Positions 1 through 8,428 of a stretch of DNA of 64,000 nucleotides are shown piece by piece. The translations under genes and the position numbers were made by a program. How positions within the stretch are numbered: the stretch's first letter is position 1; each line of letters starts with the position of its first letter. Below the pieces are notes generated by a model. It had not been told where the DNA came from. It was given only the letters and a program-made list of their open reading frames with translations, and made no database searches. The stretch comes from Calditrichota bacterium (GTDB taxonomy: Bacteria > Electryoneota > AABM5-125-24 > Hatepunaeales > Hatepunaeaceae), in assembly GCA_018644935.1 (NCBI GenBank), contig JABGPL010000002.1:20139-84138 (forward strand), in the 5' to 3' direction.

Positions 1-22
1 GACAAACGGTGGACACTATTGT

Positions 23-1945
23 ATGGCAGCTCGAGCTGATGCTGAGGGGAACCGAGTTTGGGATCATCTATATTTTGAGGGATTACTCTTTGCAGTTATC
101 GAACTCAAAGGCGGTAATTTTCTCTGTTGTGGAACTCAGGATCTCGGAGATTCAGATATCGGAATCTTGCTAACTCTTGATGCCGAAGGTGATACCGTCT
201 GCTGTTGGCGCTACGATGACCCGGCCAACTTATATTTTAGGGCACTTATCGAAACAGAAATTGGTGTTGCTGCATTAGGTTATGAATACAGGGAAGATTC
301 ATACATAATGGTCGTAGACGATGAGGGTGAAATCGTCTGGGACAGAGTATTACCCGGAGACGGCAGATACGAGGCACAAACTCCAAATCTTGTACGGTCA
401 TTAGATAGAGGCATAGTTATCAGTAATCGCATATTGCAGGAAGACTTGCTCTACGCTGCTCTCACAAAGCTCAGTATTAATGGTGATTTTATTTGGAGGA
501 GAATGTTTGAATGGAATGAATTAGCCCTGTCCAATTCAAATTTTAAACGCACCGGTCTGGCGAGATTGTATGATGGCGGATTTGTTTTAACCTCTTATCT
601 CTACGAAATTGAAGAGAGACAGTACTTGCCAGTTGCGTTTAGAACTGACGCACAAGGTGAAGAGCAATGGCGTCAGGTATATGATGAAGGAGGAGCATTT
701 TTCGCGGTCGTTACAGACCGGCGTGAACGGATTGTCGCAGCCGGTTACGCGAATATGCCTGATATGGAGGAAAACCGAAAGGGAGGTTGGTTGATTCAGC
801 TTGAGCCTGAACGAACGGCGCCACGGTTCACAAATGTATCACCTCTGGGAAACGATCCTGATCGTCAGGCTGAGGAAAATATATCCAGTCGTCACGAATT
901 TTTAAGGATACTGGTCGAAGATGAAGTCACTTTCATGGTTGATGCATGGGACCCGCGCGACCGAGAGTTAACATACTCCTGGTTTGATGAGAACCAAAAC
1001 CTTCTCGATCAGGATTCGACCGTGGTTGTTGTATTCGACGAATTGGGAGAAAAGCAGGTTAGATGTGTTGTCAGTAATGGTGAAGAGGAAGCTGTCGCCC
1101 TGTGGGATGTAACAGTCCTTGAAATGATAATAACGAGACATACTCCAATAGAGGATGAGCTGTGGATAAACAGGGGATTCTGGGTTGATTTTGAAATCGA
1201 AGCGGAATCATATTCTGACGAATTTGATTTTGAATTTCAGTGGGATGTAAGTTACGATGAAGTTGAAAATCGTGTGATAGGAAATAGTGCGGATCTAAGT
1301 TATAATTTCCCAAGAGCCACCGATTATCAGCTGCGAGGTCGTGCCATCTGGGGTGAATCCTTTGAGGATCACATCTGGTCAGTTCAAGCGAGTTCAACAC
1401 TGTTAGGATTTGAACCCGAGATTATAGAGCTCATTGTTCCTATTGATAGCCTTGTGCGTTTTGAGTTGATTCCTCGCGAGCCAAACTCTCCAAACTTGAC
1501 CTATCAGTTCCTCGTTGATGATGATATTGTTGGTGATTCTTCAGTTGCTGAAATTTCTTTTCAGGAGGCTGGTTTTCATGTTGTCCGCGGTCGATTTTTT
1601 GATGGCATAGAAGCTGACTCCGTTCGATGGGTAATCACCGCGACGATACCGAATGCGGTTGATATTGAAAGCCGGATGCCGAAAGAATTCGGGTTCTCCT
1701 CAGTCCTTCCCAATCCATTTAATGACAGAACAATCATTAATTTCCACATTCCACGAATCACGGAAGCTCGAATCGATATATTGGATGTTAATGGCAGAAT
1801 AATAAAATTGTTGTCAAACCAGAGATATACGGAGGGAGATTTTCAAGTAAAATGGATTGCGGGTGGGATTCCCGGTGGCATCTATTTCTGTCGGTTATCA
1901 ATTGAAAACCAATCCGCGATTACCAAGATTACACATTTGAAATGA
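23..1945 (+). CDS. Secreted protein with T9SS type-A C-terminal sorting domain (N-terminal propeller-like repeats, PKD/Ig-like middle); probably 5'-truncated by the window edge
   Basis: C-terminus PNPFNDRTIINFHIP...GGIYFCRL...KITHLK matches the Por secretion tail. Repeated D.EG...W.R motifs. The frame is open from base 2 and no signal peptide is visible, so the true start is likely upstream. Confidence 0.8.
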   Translation: MAARADAEGNRVWDHLYFEGLLFAVIELKGGNFLCCGTQDLGDSDIGILLTLDAEGDTVCCWRYDDPANLYFRALIETEIGVAALGYEYREDSYIMVVDDEGEIVWDRVLPGDGRYEAQTPNLVRSLDRGIVISNRILQEDLLYAALTKLSINGDFIWRRMFEWNELALSNSNFKRTGLARLYDGGFVLTSYLYEIEERQYLPVAFRTDAQGEEQWRQVYDEGGAFFAVVTDRRERIVAAGYANMPDMEENRKGGWLIQLEPERTAPRFTNVSPLGNDPDRQAEENISSRHEFLRILVEDEVTFMVDAWDPRDRELTYSWFDENQNLLDQDSTVVVVFDELGEKQVRCVVSNGEEEAVALWDVTVLEMIITRHTPIEDELWINRGFWVDFEIEAESYSDEFDFEFQWDVSYDEVENRVIGNSADLSYNFPRATDYQLRGRAIWGESFEDHIWSVQASSTLLGFEPEIIELIVPIDSLVRFELIPREPNSPNLTYQFLVDDDIVGDSSVAEISFQEAGFHVVRGRFFDGIEADSVRWVITATIPNAVDIESRMPKEFGFSSVLPNPFNDRTIINFHIPRITEARIDILDVNGRIIKLLSNQRYTEGDFQVKWIAGGIPGGIYFCRLSIENQSAITKITHLK

Positions 1946-1969
1946 GGGTTGAGAAATTCTTGATCCTAC
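1945..1969 (-). repeat. Degenerate REP-like palindrome (GTAGG.T..A...TT.TCAACCC family)
   Basis: Reverse complement GTAGGATCAAGAATTTCTCAACCCT resembles the copy at 5605-5630. Confidence 0.45.
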
Positions 1970-1979
1970 ACAGAGTAGT

Positions 1980-2021
1980 AGGTGACTGCTGAATACGATG
2001 GATTCTATCAAGCAGTCACCT
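1980..2021. repeat. Inverted repeat / hairpin between convergent genes
   Basis: AGGTGACTGCT...AGCAGTCACCT perfect 11-bp arms with an inner GAAT/ATTC pair. Confidence 0.6.
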
Positions 2022-2055
2022 GGTCAGGTTGGCCACGATATCTTGATTTAGACTT

Positions 2056-2082
2056 GTCATTCCCGCGCAGGCGGAAACCCAG
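2056..2082 (+). repeat. dRS3-like palindromic repeat
   Basis: GTCATTCCCGCGCAGGCGGAAACCCAG is close to the ATTCCC-N8-GGGAAT repeat class. Confidence 0.55.
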
Positions 2083-2128
2083 AAATAACAATAACCTACT
2101 GAAGAATCTATTCCTGACAAAGTTTCTT

Positions 2129-2485
2129 TCAGTTACATTTACCCCGTATTATCTTCGACTCAAAATACTGCTCCTGGAAATGTGTCAATTTCCGGATTGT
2201 TTCGTTATCGATATTGGTTCCGGACGGTACTACGATCAACTTATCATCGTCATCATCTAATCTACGAATCACGGCGATACATGTACCTTGAAATGAATCA
2301 AGGGGAACTTCTACACCCAGCACATACGCATCTAACTCAGCACCATCACCAGACAGTGTTCCGGGTACGTATCCATAGTTGACTGGATACTCGTCTCCAA
2401 AGCGGGGGTGAAGTGAACCCATTGGGCGATCCATTACGATCTTTACCTGTTTGCCAATGTAGTCTGTGCTGTCAATGGGTGTCAT
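2129..2485 (-). CDS. ppa: Short family I inorganic pyrophosphatase-like protein
   Basis: YPVNYGYVPGTLSGDGAELDAYVLG and DDDDDKLIVV motifs. The ATG at 2485 is preceded by an SD-like GTGGTG; the track starts at the GTG at 2497. Confidence 0.75.
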   Translation of the reverse strand: MTPIDSTDYIGKQVKIVMDRPMGSLHPRFGDEYPVNYGYVPGTLSGDGAELDAYVLGVEVPLDSFQGTCIAVIRRLDDDDDKLIVVPSGTNIDNETIRKLTHFQEQYFESKIIRGKCN

Positions 2486-2511
2486 GATTATCACCACATT
2501 TGAAACATTCG

Positions 2512-3378
2512 TTAAACATTATCTATGGACTCAAAGTATTCACAATAAATAAACTGTTCCTCAACAGTATCGAAAATTGACAACGCCTCCCTGCCGCCTA
2601 AAACGGGTAATTCAGTGTTAATTGAGGCGATGTACCTGTTTGAGAGAGGGAAAAAGTTGCTAACATACATTTTATAAGCCTTTGAAGGAAAGAAATATCT
2701 CCTCCCTTTTAGTGTTTCAATATAGTTGGGACGACCGCTGAAATCGGTCCCGAAGTAATGTGTATTATTCACTTCAGCACAACCAGTGTAGCCTGCTAAT
2801 CGTTTTTTAATTCTCTTCTTAAATCTCAACTCAGTACCATCGACAGTCCACAGGTCTGTGTATTTACTATTATCACCAGTAGAAATTAGAATCTCTGACG
2901 GAGTATATTTATGTATGGAATGTATATGCCGGACGGTCGGAATGTCGTTGTAAAAATCGTTTATTATGCAATCTTTTTCTGTTATAACCGCTATGGTCGC
3001 CGAGTCTTTAACAAGACGATATTCGCCAATTATCAATAGGTTGCCTATCCGAACAAAACTCTCAGTTCTGCATCCCGAAAAATCCTGTGGCAAACCCTGG
3101 ATATAAAATTCATCACCGAAATCTTCTAATAGTATATCTCTTGTGAAAAAGCGTTTTTCAGTGAGAGAGTTGACTTCGTTAACCAAACTTTGGACTAATC
3201 CGGAATCGACAGTTTCTTTAACATCAGATGGTTTAAAGAACAAACTACAGTAGACACCATTAATTAATTCAGCAAATCGTCCCTGACGAATAGTGAGAAA
3301 AAGTGCTTTTACCAACAGCAAGGGGTTTTTGGTTTTTCTGAATTCTGCGATATTTTCAGAAATTGAACTTTTATCCAA
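2512..3378 (-). CDS. Hypothetical protein (possible beta-propeller fragment, RHIHSIH motif)
   Basis: 288-aa ORF, AT-rich, GGAG SD before a TTG start; no confident family. Confidence 0.6.
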   Translation of the reverse strand: MDKSSISENIAEFRKTKNPLLLVKALFLTIRQGRFAELINGVYCSLFFKPSDVKETVDSGLVQSLVNEVNSLTEKRFFTRDILLEDFGDEFYIQGLPQDFSGCRTESFVRIGNLLIIGEYRLVKDSATIAVITEKDCIINDFYNDIPTVRHIHSIHKYTPSEILISTGDNSKYTDLWTVDGTELRFKKRIKKRLAGYTGCAEVNNTHYFGTDFSGRPNYIETLKGRRYFFPSKAYKMYVSNFFPLSNRYIASINTELPVLGGREALSIFDTVEEQFIYCEYFESIDNV

Positions 3379-3423
3379 TTATTACTCCGATAGACAAAGT
3401 ATGCTCATTATTTATACAAAATT

Positions 3424-3939
3424 TCATTGACGTCCCTGTGGTGCGCCTTCAGCATCTAACCACTCGTCATCAGGGCTAATTGGTTCGGGCTGATTTTCTC
3501 CGGTATTTTCTGCGTTTATATCAGCCATAATAAAGTTCTCTGGACGAATAGGCGAACCGAAAAATCTTCTTAGCATTGCCAATTGACCCGCATGGCTCAT
3601 TGCATCGGAAAGTGGCCCTTGAAGCATTCGCTCCGGGGTAAGATTCTCGAATGGAGTGTTACTTTCCAAGAGTTCCCTCAATTTGGTAAGGATTGAGTGA
3701 AATCGATTTACCTCTGCCGGGAAATCTTCCTCAATAATCGGTCTCCACGTGCCTCCTGTCAAGAACGTGCGTGCATAACCCAAAACTCCTGTAATGTGAA
3801 AAATCAATTCATGTGGAGTGCGGACGCCTGGTGCAGCACGGAACTCTGCGAATCCCGGTGGTGCTTCACGAAGAGCCTTCTGAGTACGATAGGCGATTGC
3901 TGCAAGGAAATGCTGGAGCATCAATCTTTTCTTATCCAT
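3424..3939 (-). CDS. DinB/YfiT-like four-helix metal-binding protein
   Basis: RTPHELIFHI and DAMSHAGQLAMLRR motifs are typical of the DinB superfamily. Confidence 0.75.
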   Translation of the reverse strand: MDKKRLMLQHFLAAIAYRTQKALREAPPGFAEFRAAPGVRTPHELIFHITGVLGYARTFLTGGTWRPIIEEDFPAEVNRFHSILTKLRELLESNTPFENLTPERMLQGPLSDAMSHAGQLAMLRRFFGSPIRPENFIMADINAENTGENQPEPISPDDEWLDAEGAPQGRQ

Positions 3940-4079
3940 AGAATCTCAAATTTTTACTCGGTTTACAACAAGATAACATTACAAGGATAAATTTGCAAAT
4001 TATGGTTAAACATCCTCCTGACAACAATCCCGCAACTTCTTGATAACAGGGGATGGCGTGTTTTCTTTGTTTTAACCTT

Positions 4080-4177
4080 GGAGTGCTCAAGCCATGCTTG
4101 AGCTTTAAAACTTTCACTTTACTATTCGAGAATAAACTGATCGAAGATTACAGGCTCAAGCATGGCTTGAGCACTCC
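4080..4177. repeat. REP doublet (REPIN), GGAG family A
   Basis: GGAGTGCTCAAGCCATGCTTGAGC at 4080-4103 and its exact reverse complement at 4154-4177. Confidence 0.85.
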
Positions 4178-4185
4178 GAATCAAC

Positions 4186-5022
4186 TTATTTTATCGCTTG
4201 AATCCCTAATGTAATTGTTTCATCAGACGTTTCAAACTTGACCAAATAGTTGCCTGCTGCTAAATTATCTCCATAGATAGGCATGGAGTATCTTCCTTGA
4301 GACTGATAATTATTCACCAGCTTTTCCACCAACCTCCCCGCGGAATTATACATATTTGCCATCACCCAACCCGGTTTGCCGAGAGTGTATGCCAATGTTG
4401 TCGAACTGTTGAACGGATTGGGATAATTCTGTAGAATTCTGAAACTCTGGGGTAAGGCTTTGGTGTTTTCCTCCACCTTCAATGGATCATTGAAACGGAA
4501 TATTTTGAAGGAGCTCTGATCGGCGACGTACACAATGTCATGTTCAACAAAAACACTCTTCATAAATCCGGGCTCATAGGTGTTCCAACCGGGAAAACGA
4601 TAATGTCCGACAATCTCTGGATTTTCCGGATCACTGACATTTATAACTTCCAGTCCGGCATTCCCGACCAAAAAAGCGTGATTATCTTCTACATAAATAT
4701 CCTCAAGGGAGTGTCTAAATTCGAGCGTACCTCTATTCAATGGATTAAGGGAATTTGAAACATCAAAGATATGCAATCCGCTGCTGTTCATAAATTCTGA
4801 CTCGACAACATATAGTGTATTATCTACACATTCAACAGCAACGCCATCTCCCGGAAGGTCAATATTATCAACTTTCTCCAGCTCTGAGATGTTTACGGTT
4901 GCTACTCCCCAGAAACCCGTTGCAACGAAGGCATAATTGCGTTTAACTGCTATATCCAGTGGCTCACCATCAGTCCTGATCCAGGTGTTATTTATCAATT
5001 CTAATGTACTGACACATTTCAT
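4186..5022 (-). CDS. LVIVD-repeat protein with T9SS type-A C-terminal domain
   Basis: Repeats GLHIFDVSN, GLEVINVSDPENPEIVG and DIYVEDNHAFL; C-terminal QNYPNPFNSSTT...AGNYLVK; GGAAAGGAG SD; no signal peptide. Confidence 0.8.
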   Translation of the reverse strand: MKCVSTLELINNTWIRTDGEPLDIAVKRNYAFVATGFWGVATVNISELEKVDNIDLPGDGVAVECVDNTLYVVESEFMNSSGLHIFDVSNSLNPLNRGTLEFRHSLEDIYVEDNHAFLVGNAGLEVINVSDPENPEIVGHYRFPGWNTYEPGFMKSVFVEHDIVYVADQSSFKIFRFNDPLKVEENTKALPQSFRILQNYPNPFNSSTTLAYTLGKPGWVMANMYNSAGRLVEKLVNNYQSQGRYSMPIYGDNLAAGNYLVKFETSDETITLGIQAIK

Positions 5023-5222
5023 TTGTTACTCCTTTCCTAAAAAGTGTTTACACAAGCCAAAAACATCATCACACAATCAAATTTCTTGATATATCACTCT
5101 TGTAATATAGTAAGAGGAGTATAGGAATGCAATTTGTCATGAACTGGACTCACCTATCAATCTGTTTTAGTAGGAAAAATTTGTGTTTATAGCGTTTCTT
5201 ATAAGTAATGCAAATTGTCTGT

Positions 5223-5342
5223 GTGGCACAGGCTATTTATTGCCCGGGTTTCATTATTTACAAATTTTTCATAAACATGTACATAAAGCATCTCTAAGAT
5301 TTATTCTGTAAAGAAACATGGGCAACAAGTAGCCCATGCCAC
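5223..5342. repeat. REP doublet, GTGGCA family
   Basis: GTGGCACAGGCTATTTATTGCCCGGG (5223-5248) and an inverted copy whose reverse complement is GTGGCATGGGCTACTTGTTGCCCATG (5317-5342). Confidence 0.65.
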
Positions 5343-5604
5343 CCCGATCCAAAACGCATGTCTTTCAAGAAATGCTATATCGATAATATTTAGCTGAATC
5401 CTACTTTTTTGATATTTTGTCTGAGATCAAGGGATATTATTTGATATGAGAGAGTATAAAGAATAACCATACAACCAAAAGATTTGTATTTTTTTGCCAT
5501 CGACATCCCGGTAAGCCATTTAATCTGTTACATTTAACCACGGAATTGCGATAGAATTTGTTTAACTGATATTCATTTGAAGATAGAGAGTAGCAATTTA
5601 ATCT

Positions 5605-5630
5605 GCAGGGGTTGAAAACCTTCAACCCTG
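5605..5630 (+). repeat. REP-like palindrome
   Basis: GCAGGGGTTGAAAACCTTCAACCCTG, with stem GGGTTGAA/TTCAACCC. Confidence 0.55.
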
Positions 5631-5661
5631 ATGATAACTCTCGTTTTGCGAAATCAAGATC

Positions 5662-6714
5662 TTGGAGTATCTTTTGAACCGAATGAGTATCAGTCTGTTA
5701 AGTATTATCCTTTTGCTGTTTTTGGCAGAATCCGGCTACTCCTGGTATAGTAACCCTTATATCGAAAAAGCCAACCTCGATTTTCTCTTAATCCAACCCA
5801 ACAACCGAGCCTTAGGCATGGGAAATGCCTTCGTTGCCCTCGCTGATGATGCCTCTGCGACATGGTGGAATCCGGCGGGATTAGTGAAAACAAAATCTTC
5901 TGAGGTGATGATTTCCCATACCTTCGAAGTGCCGCCGCCCATTGTTGATTGTTTCGACCACAGTTATCTTTTTATTGCACGAACAAAACCGCTCGATGAA
6001 TCTACCGTGATTGCCTTAAGCGGAGTTCAGCATTTATGGGGGCATACAGAAAGACGATGTGAGCTTAATTCTGGTCAGAGCTTTAATCAATGGGATTATT
6101 CCGTGGCTTTTTCCTATGGAGTTAAAATCAATAAACAGTTCGCCACGGGACTTTCCGTAAAATATATAAACAGCCAAAAAGAAAGTGGGGGTGAATTAGC
6201 ACAAATCAAGCATCTCGCTTTAGATGCTGGAATGTTGTATAATACTGATCAATCTTCATCTTTTAAACACTCATTTGGATTGGTAATACGCAATATTGGA
6301 CCAAAATTCAGATATGGTGACAAGGAAGAATTCAAATCATTACCAACCAATCTCAATGTGGGATATGCATTAACCGCCATATCGAGAGTTGGACCTACAA
6401 ATGTTTTGTTTGATATAAATAAACGTCTGAACAAATTACAGATGGATACATTTTTTCGGAACTTCACTTATCATATGGGGATTGAAACATGGTTGGATGA
6501 TGTATTCGGAATTCGCGTTGGACAGTGGTTTGACAATATAGAGAGAGATTCGACTCTCTCACTTGGAGCTTCTCTCCGGATAAAGAAGCTAATTAAAACC
6601 AAAGAAGTTCAAATTGATTTTTCGCGCTATTTTCCCGGAAGGAAGCTAACCGGATACTCCAGTGTAGGCAAGTATGCATTTTCACTTGGCATTAGCCAAT
6701 CTGCGAGTAGTTGA
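5662..6714 (+). CDS. PorV/PorQ-family outer-membrane beta-barrel (divergent)
   Basis: Signal peptide; FLLIQPNNRALGMGNAFVALADDASATWWNPAGL is the PorV/FadL-like N-terminal signature. The start may be the ATG at 5683. Confidence 0.8.
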   Translation: MEYLLNRMSISLLSIILLLFLAESGYSWYSNPYIEKANLDFLLIQPNNRALGMGNAFVALADDASATWWNPAGLVKTKSSEVMISHTFEVPPPIVDCFDHSYLFIARTKPLDESTVIALSGVQHLWGHTERRCELNSGQSFNQWDYSVAFSYGVKINKQFATGLSVKYINSQKESGGELAQIKHLALDAGMLYNTDQSSSFKHSFGLVIRNIGPKFRYGDKEEFKSLPTNLNVGYALTAISRVGPTNVLFDINKRLNKLQMDTFFRNFTYHMGIETWLDDVFGIRVGQWFDNIERDSTLSLGASLRIKKLIKTKEVQIDFSRYFPGRKLTGYSSVGKYAFSLGISQSASS

Positions 6715-6728
6715 ATTACATTTGATCT

Positions 6729-6965
6729 GGAGTGCTCAAGCCGTGCTTGAGCTTTAAGCGATCAAGCGAACTAATTTTAAAAATATTTGAGAAGTTATTA
6801 ACAAATAGCTCAAGCATGGCTTGAGCACTCCGGTGATTTGATAAATCAGTGTAAAATTCAGAGTACTCAGGCGTGACTTGAACTTTCACCGATCATGTGA
6901 ACTTATTTTCAAAAAGCTCAAGCATGGCTTGAGCACTCCTGTTATTAGATAAACTTGAGCACTCC
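6729..6965. repeat. Cluster of GGAG family A REPs (two doublets plus a half copy)
   Basis: Copies at 6729-6752 (+), 6808-6831 (-), 6860-6883 (+, degenerate), 6916-6939 (-) and a half copy at 6954-6965. The spacers of the two doublets begin with similar sequence. Confidence 0.85.
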
Positions 6966-6972
6966 GAACTGA

Positions 6973-8070
6973 CTACCGATCCAACACCAACCTGAATCCC
7001 ACACAATCGCAACTCCAATCGGGATCGTTCTGGGCTCTTTGAGCGGAGCGATGGTACCTCTCATTCATGTCGTATGCTCCTCCTCGTCTTACGCAATATC
7101 CATTACTTCCTTCGTCTACCCAGGGTGATCCGTCATCGGGAGCATTTTCATAATTCTGATGCCAGCTGTCCTCACACAATTCCCAAACATTACCACTCAT
7201 ATCATATAGTCCCCAGGCATTCGGCAGTTTGGTGCCAACTTCCCTGAATCTTCCCCAGGAACTATATTCAGGAAAGTTAATGTACATGGGATCATCTCCC
7301 CAATAAAACCTTGTGGTTGTCCCGGCACGACAGGCATATTCCCACTCCGCCTCCGATGGAAGGCGATAATTGAGGGCGGTTCGAGTCAGAAATTGAGAAT
7401 GAATCTCGTCCCATGAGAAATTATATGCAGTCTGATTTTCGCCTCGACCATTATACCATCGTCCTTGATTTTCCTCACCTGCAACAGCTTCCCACTGTGA
7501 TTGAGTCACCTCATATTTTCCCATCCAGAAACCACTTTTGAAGGTCACCTCATGACGTGGGCGTTCAAAATCATCACCATCCTCATCAAATCCAGTTCCC
7601 ATTGTAAATGAACCGGGTGGTATCCAGACCATTGTAATATTGACGCCATCAACCAATTCAAATCCAAGGGCTTCGCCAACCTGAAAATCTCTGGTGATAA
7701 AACTGAAAAGTGGAGTTTCTGTCAGGTGATCATGATCATCTCGGGCTACTATCCGCCAGAAATATTGGGTGTTGTGTTCCAGAAAGGGGAGTAAATAAGT
7801 CGTACTGTCCTGATTTTTATTGATTGCGTGGGGAGTATTCAACCCTTCAATGAGAGTCTCGCCAAAATAGACATCATATCTCAACGGATCACCTTCAGGA
7901 TCGGAACACGACCAACTCAGCTTTACATCTATGGTTTGTTCGGTCGATCCATCCATAGGGAATATGGGGGAAGGGACTGATGGTGCTGAGTTTGTGGGTC
8001 TTGTTATGCGATCTTTCTCGCAACCGATGGAGAAGATGATCACAATTGCAATTAGGAAAATATGTTTCAT
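6973..8070 (-). CDS. Lipoprotein with Fn3-like domain and FGE-sulfatase (SUMF1, C-type lectin fold) domain
   Basis: Lipobox FSIGC; RLPSEAEWEYACRAG, PNAWGLYDMSGNVWE and terminal GFRLV motifs. The ATG at 8070 gives a typical lipoprotein signal. Confidence 0.85.
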   Translation of the reverse strand: MKHIFLIAIVIIFSIGCEKDRITRPTNSAPSVPSPIFPMDGSTEQTIDVKLSWSCSDPEGDPLRYDVYFGETLIEGLNTPHAINKNQDSTTYLLPFLEHNTQYFWRIVARDDHDHLTETPLFSFITRDFQVGEALGFELVDGVNITMVWIPPGSFTMGTGFDEDGDDFERPRHEVTFKSGFWMGKYEVTQSQWEAVAGEENQGRWYNGRGENQTAYNFSWDEIHSQFLTRTALNYRLPSEAEWEYACRAGTTTRFYWGDDPMYINFPEYSSWGRFREVGTKLPNAWGLYDMSGNVWELCEDSWHQNYENAPDDGSPWVDEGSNGYCVRRGGAYDMNERYHRSAQRAQNDPDWSCDCVGFRLVLDR

Positions 8071-8126
8071 CGTGACTCCAAATATCATCTATAACAATGC
8101 TCGAAAGTATTTTCGTATTATTAACC

Positions 8127-8192
8127 GGAGTAGCGAAGCTTGCTTCGCGCTATAAATGTTATGGAAAGGCGCGAAGCAAGCTTCGCTACTCC
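8127..8192. repeat. REP doublet, GGAG family B
   Basis: GGAGTAGCGAAGCTTGCTTCGCGC (8127-8150) and its exact reverse complement (8169-8192). Confidence 0.85.
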
Positions 8193-8326
8193 AGGCACTG
8201 TTATATATACAAAATAGTACTTCTGAAACACAAATGCAAGTTGGACCTGTTTATGTTCTTCAAACATCTCACCCTATTGGAAACAACAGTTTAATTATAT
8301 CAATCGCAAAAAGATAGAACTTCATC

Positions 8327-8355
8327 TTGACTTAAAGTTAGGCATGTCATATCTT
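8327..8355 (+). promoter_or_regulatory. Sigma70-type promoter of the cytochrome-porin gene
   Basis: TTGACT (8327-8332), 17-nt spacer, TATCTT (8350-8355); AAGGAGG SD at 8415-8421. Confidence 0.65.
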
Positions 8356-8371
8356 GTTTGCATATCCAAAC
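8356..8371. promoter_or_regulatory. Palindromic operator over the predicted transcription start, resembling a DtxR/MntR-type box
   Basis: GTTTGCATATCCAAAC versus its reverse complement GTTTGGATATGCAAAC (14/16 identical), directly after the -10 element. Confidence 0.5.
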
Positions 8372-8428
8372 TTTATTTGAACGGTAAACAATTTGTAAAA
8401 ATAATACACATTTCAAGGAGGTAGAGAA

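Noticed and set aside
2129..5022. Run of short co-oriented unrelated genes as an integron cassette array
   Set aside because: The gaps between the first three genes are too short (under 50 nt), and I found no attC-like RYYYAAC...GTTRRRY structures or integrase.
6729..6965. Repeat cluster as a CRISPR array
   Set aside because: Copies alternate in orientation, spacers are uneven and related to each other, and no cas genes are present; it fits REPINs.
6973..7100. FGE/C-type-lectin C-terminus as a diversity-generating retroelement variable region
   Set aside because: No reverse transcriptase or template repeat is in the window, and several candidate variable codons (ATG, GAG, AGG, CAA, CAG, TGG) are not the NNY type expected from AAY mutagenesis. 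A remote TR cannot be excluded without a genome search.
6973..8070. FGE-domain lipoprotein as PorK/GldK
   Set aside because: It has a generic compact FGE domain plus Fn3, without the large GldK insertions or adjacent porLMN genes.
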